Below, piece by piece: positions 61,521-64,000 of a stretch of DNA of 64,000 nucleotides (positions are counted from its first letter, which is position 1; each line of letters starts with the position of its first letter). The translations under genes were made by a program, and so were the position numbers. The notes beneath the pieces are model-generated. The model ran no database searches. It was given only the letters and a program-made list of their open reading frames with translations, and was not told where the DNA came from. The DNA comes from Eledone cirrhosa. Taxonomy: Eukaryota. Location: assembly GCA_964016885.1 (NCBI GenBank), contig OZ024741.1:273668001-273732000 (forward strand), written 5' to 3'.

Positions 61521-62440
61521 GGGTAGAGTGTGGGTAGGGTGGGTAGGGGTAGAGTGTGGGTAGGGTGGGTAGGGGTAGAGTGTGGGTAGGGTGGGTAGGG
61601 GTAGAGTGTGGGTAGGGTGTGGGTAGATCGTGGGTAGGGTGTGGGTAGGGTGTGGTTAGGTTGTGGGTGGTTAGATAAGTGGGTAGTTAGGCGGGTAGTT
61701 ATGAGGATGGGATGATCATAGGGTGTGGGTATGTGGATAGGAGGGTGAGTAAGGGTTTGCAAAGGTGTTGGTAGGGTGTTGGTAGGTGGGTAGTGTATGG
61801 GTAGGTGTGTGGGTAGTTGTATGCGTAGGTTGTGTGGGTAGGTTGTGGGTAATGTGAGGGTAATTGTGTGGATATGTATGTGGGTAGTCTGTGGTTAGAT
61901 GGATGCGTAGGTATGAGGCTAGATGGGTAGGAAGATGGATATGGATGTGTGTATTTGTGAGGGTAGGTGGAAGGGTAGGTCGGTGGGTCGAGTGTGTGGG
62001 CAGTGGTGTGGGTATGTGGGTGGATAGGTGCGTGGGTAAATGCACGGCTAGATCTGTGGGTAGGTGGGGGATGTTGTAGGGGTAGGTGTGTGTGTAAGGG
62101 GTGTGGGTAGACGTGTTGGTAGGTGGGTCGATATATGTGTGGGCAAGTGTGGGGTAGATACGTTGGTAGATAGTTAGGTGGGCATGTAGAATGAGTATGG
62201 GTGTAGATAAGAGGTGGTTGAGGTATGTGGGTGTGGTAGGTGGGTGGGTGAGATAGGTGGGTGGGTGGGTGAGATAGGTGGGTGGTGGGGTAGATTTGTG
62301 AGGAGGGTGGGTAAGGCAGGTGGGTGAGATAGATGGGTAGCTGAAATATGTGGGTTGGTAGGTAGGTAGGTGAGATAGGTGGGTGAGATAGGTGGGTGAG
62401 ATAGATGGGTGGGCAAGGTAGGTGCGTGGATGGGTGCGGA
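61520..62440. repeat. G-rich low-complexity tract with a 26-bp repeat (gggtagagtgtgggtagggtgggtag)
   Basis: At least 3 exact copies at 61521-61617; dense GGG runs. Confidence 0.9.
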
Positions 62441-62571
62441 CCAAGAAATAGCAAGATGGCAACCTCCAATGACTTGCTCTACATTCTTGACATTGATGAC
62501 GTCATCTCTATAGAGTGAAGATTTCATTGGAACAACACCCCCCCCAGCCCCCTCCATAATGTACAAACGCA

Positions 62572-62628
<57 letters not shown>

Positions 62629-62659
62629 GTATGTCTATATATATGTTTGTATATACCCC

Positions 62660-62692
<33 letters not shown>

Positions 62693-62699
62693 CAACACA

Positions 62700-63018
62700 C
62701 ATGCACACACATACATACATATATACACACCTATACACACACATACATACCTACACATATATATATACACATACATACCTACACACATATATACACACAC
62801 ACATACATATCTACACCTATATATATATACACAAACATACATACCTACACACATATATATACACAAACATACATAGCTACACCTATATATACACACACAC
62901 ATACATACCTACACCTATATATATATATATATACACACATACATACCTACACCTATATATATATATACACACACACATACATACCTACACCTATATATAC
63001 ACACAAACATACATACCT

Positions 63019-63055
<37 letters not shown>

Positions 63056-63640
63056 AACATACATACCTACACCTATACACACACACACACATACCTACAC
63101 ACATATATATATATATATATACACAAACATACATACCTATACCTATATATACACACACACATACATACCTACACCTATATATATATATACACAAACATAC
63201 ATACCTACACCTATATATATATATATACACACACACATACATACCTACACCTATATACACACACACATACATACCTACACCTACATACACACAAACATAC
63301 CTACACCTATATATATATATACACACACACATACTTACACCTATATATATATATATACACACACACATACATACCTACACCTATATACACACACACATAC
63401 ATACCTACACCTACATACACACACATACCTACACCTATATATATATATACACACAAACATACATACCTACATTTTATACACACACACACATACATACCTA
63501 CACCTATATACACACACACATACCTACACCTATATATATATATATACACACACATACATACCTACACCTATACACACACACACACATACATACCTACACC
63601 TATATACACACACACACATACTTACACCTATACATACATT
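62700..63640. repeat. Satellite of catacatacctacacctata(ta)n(ca)n units
   Basis: Direct reading. Confidence 0.9.
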
Positions 63641-64000
63641 CACGTACACATCGTCACGTGTAGACACCTCCCCCTCCCCCCACCACCATATCATTTCTCA
63701 GCTTTCTCATCACTTTATAATAAATTGTGCAAGATAATTAGAACACCTCATTAAACATAATCAACATCATCATCGTCATCGTCGCCGCCATCATCGTCAC
63801 CCCCCTCCTCCTCCTCCTCCTCCTCCTCCTCATCATCATCATGGTCATGATCGTCGTCGTCGTTAACATCATCATCATCCACATTAACATCACCGTCCCC
63901 TCCATCACTGCACCCTCCACCATCCACCACCACCACATACAACCATCACTACTACCACCATTAACACCAACATGACCACCACAACCACCGTCACTACCAC

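Overview
Eukaryotic, AT-rich, microsatellite-saturated DNA. The repeat mix (CORE- and Nin/Deu-domain SINEs, RTE, R4/Dong and Vingi LINE pieces, huge (TA)n/(CATA)n/(CA)n load) suggests an octopus or other cephalopod; this is inference. I found no supportable host protein-coding exon, and most ORF-track entries are microsatellite translations. The dominant hidden structure is Penelope-like elements (PLEs) and hammerhead ribozymes (HHRs). (i) A Neptune-like PLE has 1180-bp inverted arms, each carrying a minimal HHR (18735-22656). (ii) Two Naiad-like PLEs have long AT-rich 3' UTRs ending in an HHR (12268-14314, 42051-45854). (iii) A non-coding tandem-HHR 'retrozyme'-like element has a 472-nt cleavage-to-cleavage monomer and a predicted pseudoknot (55391-56286). 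(iv) At least seven further families of short, often palindromic, (TA)n-flanked footprints carry whole or half HHRs. These include a U3-A8 core variant (TTGAAAA), C4 variants and a U.U-closed stem II family, several with compensatory stem I changes between copies. Many footprints share the design (TA)n - short arm - fold-back in or near HHR stem II - long arm with a 60-90 nt tail - (TA)n. All folds were derived by eye, not computed.
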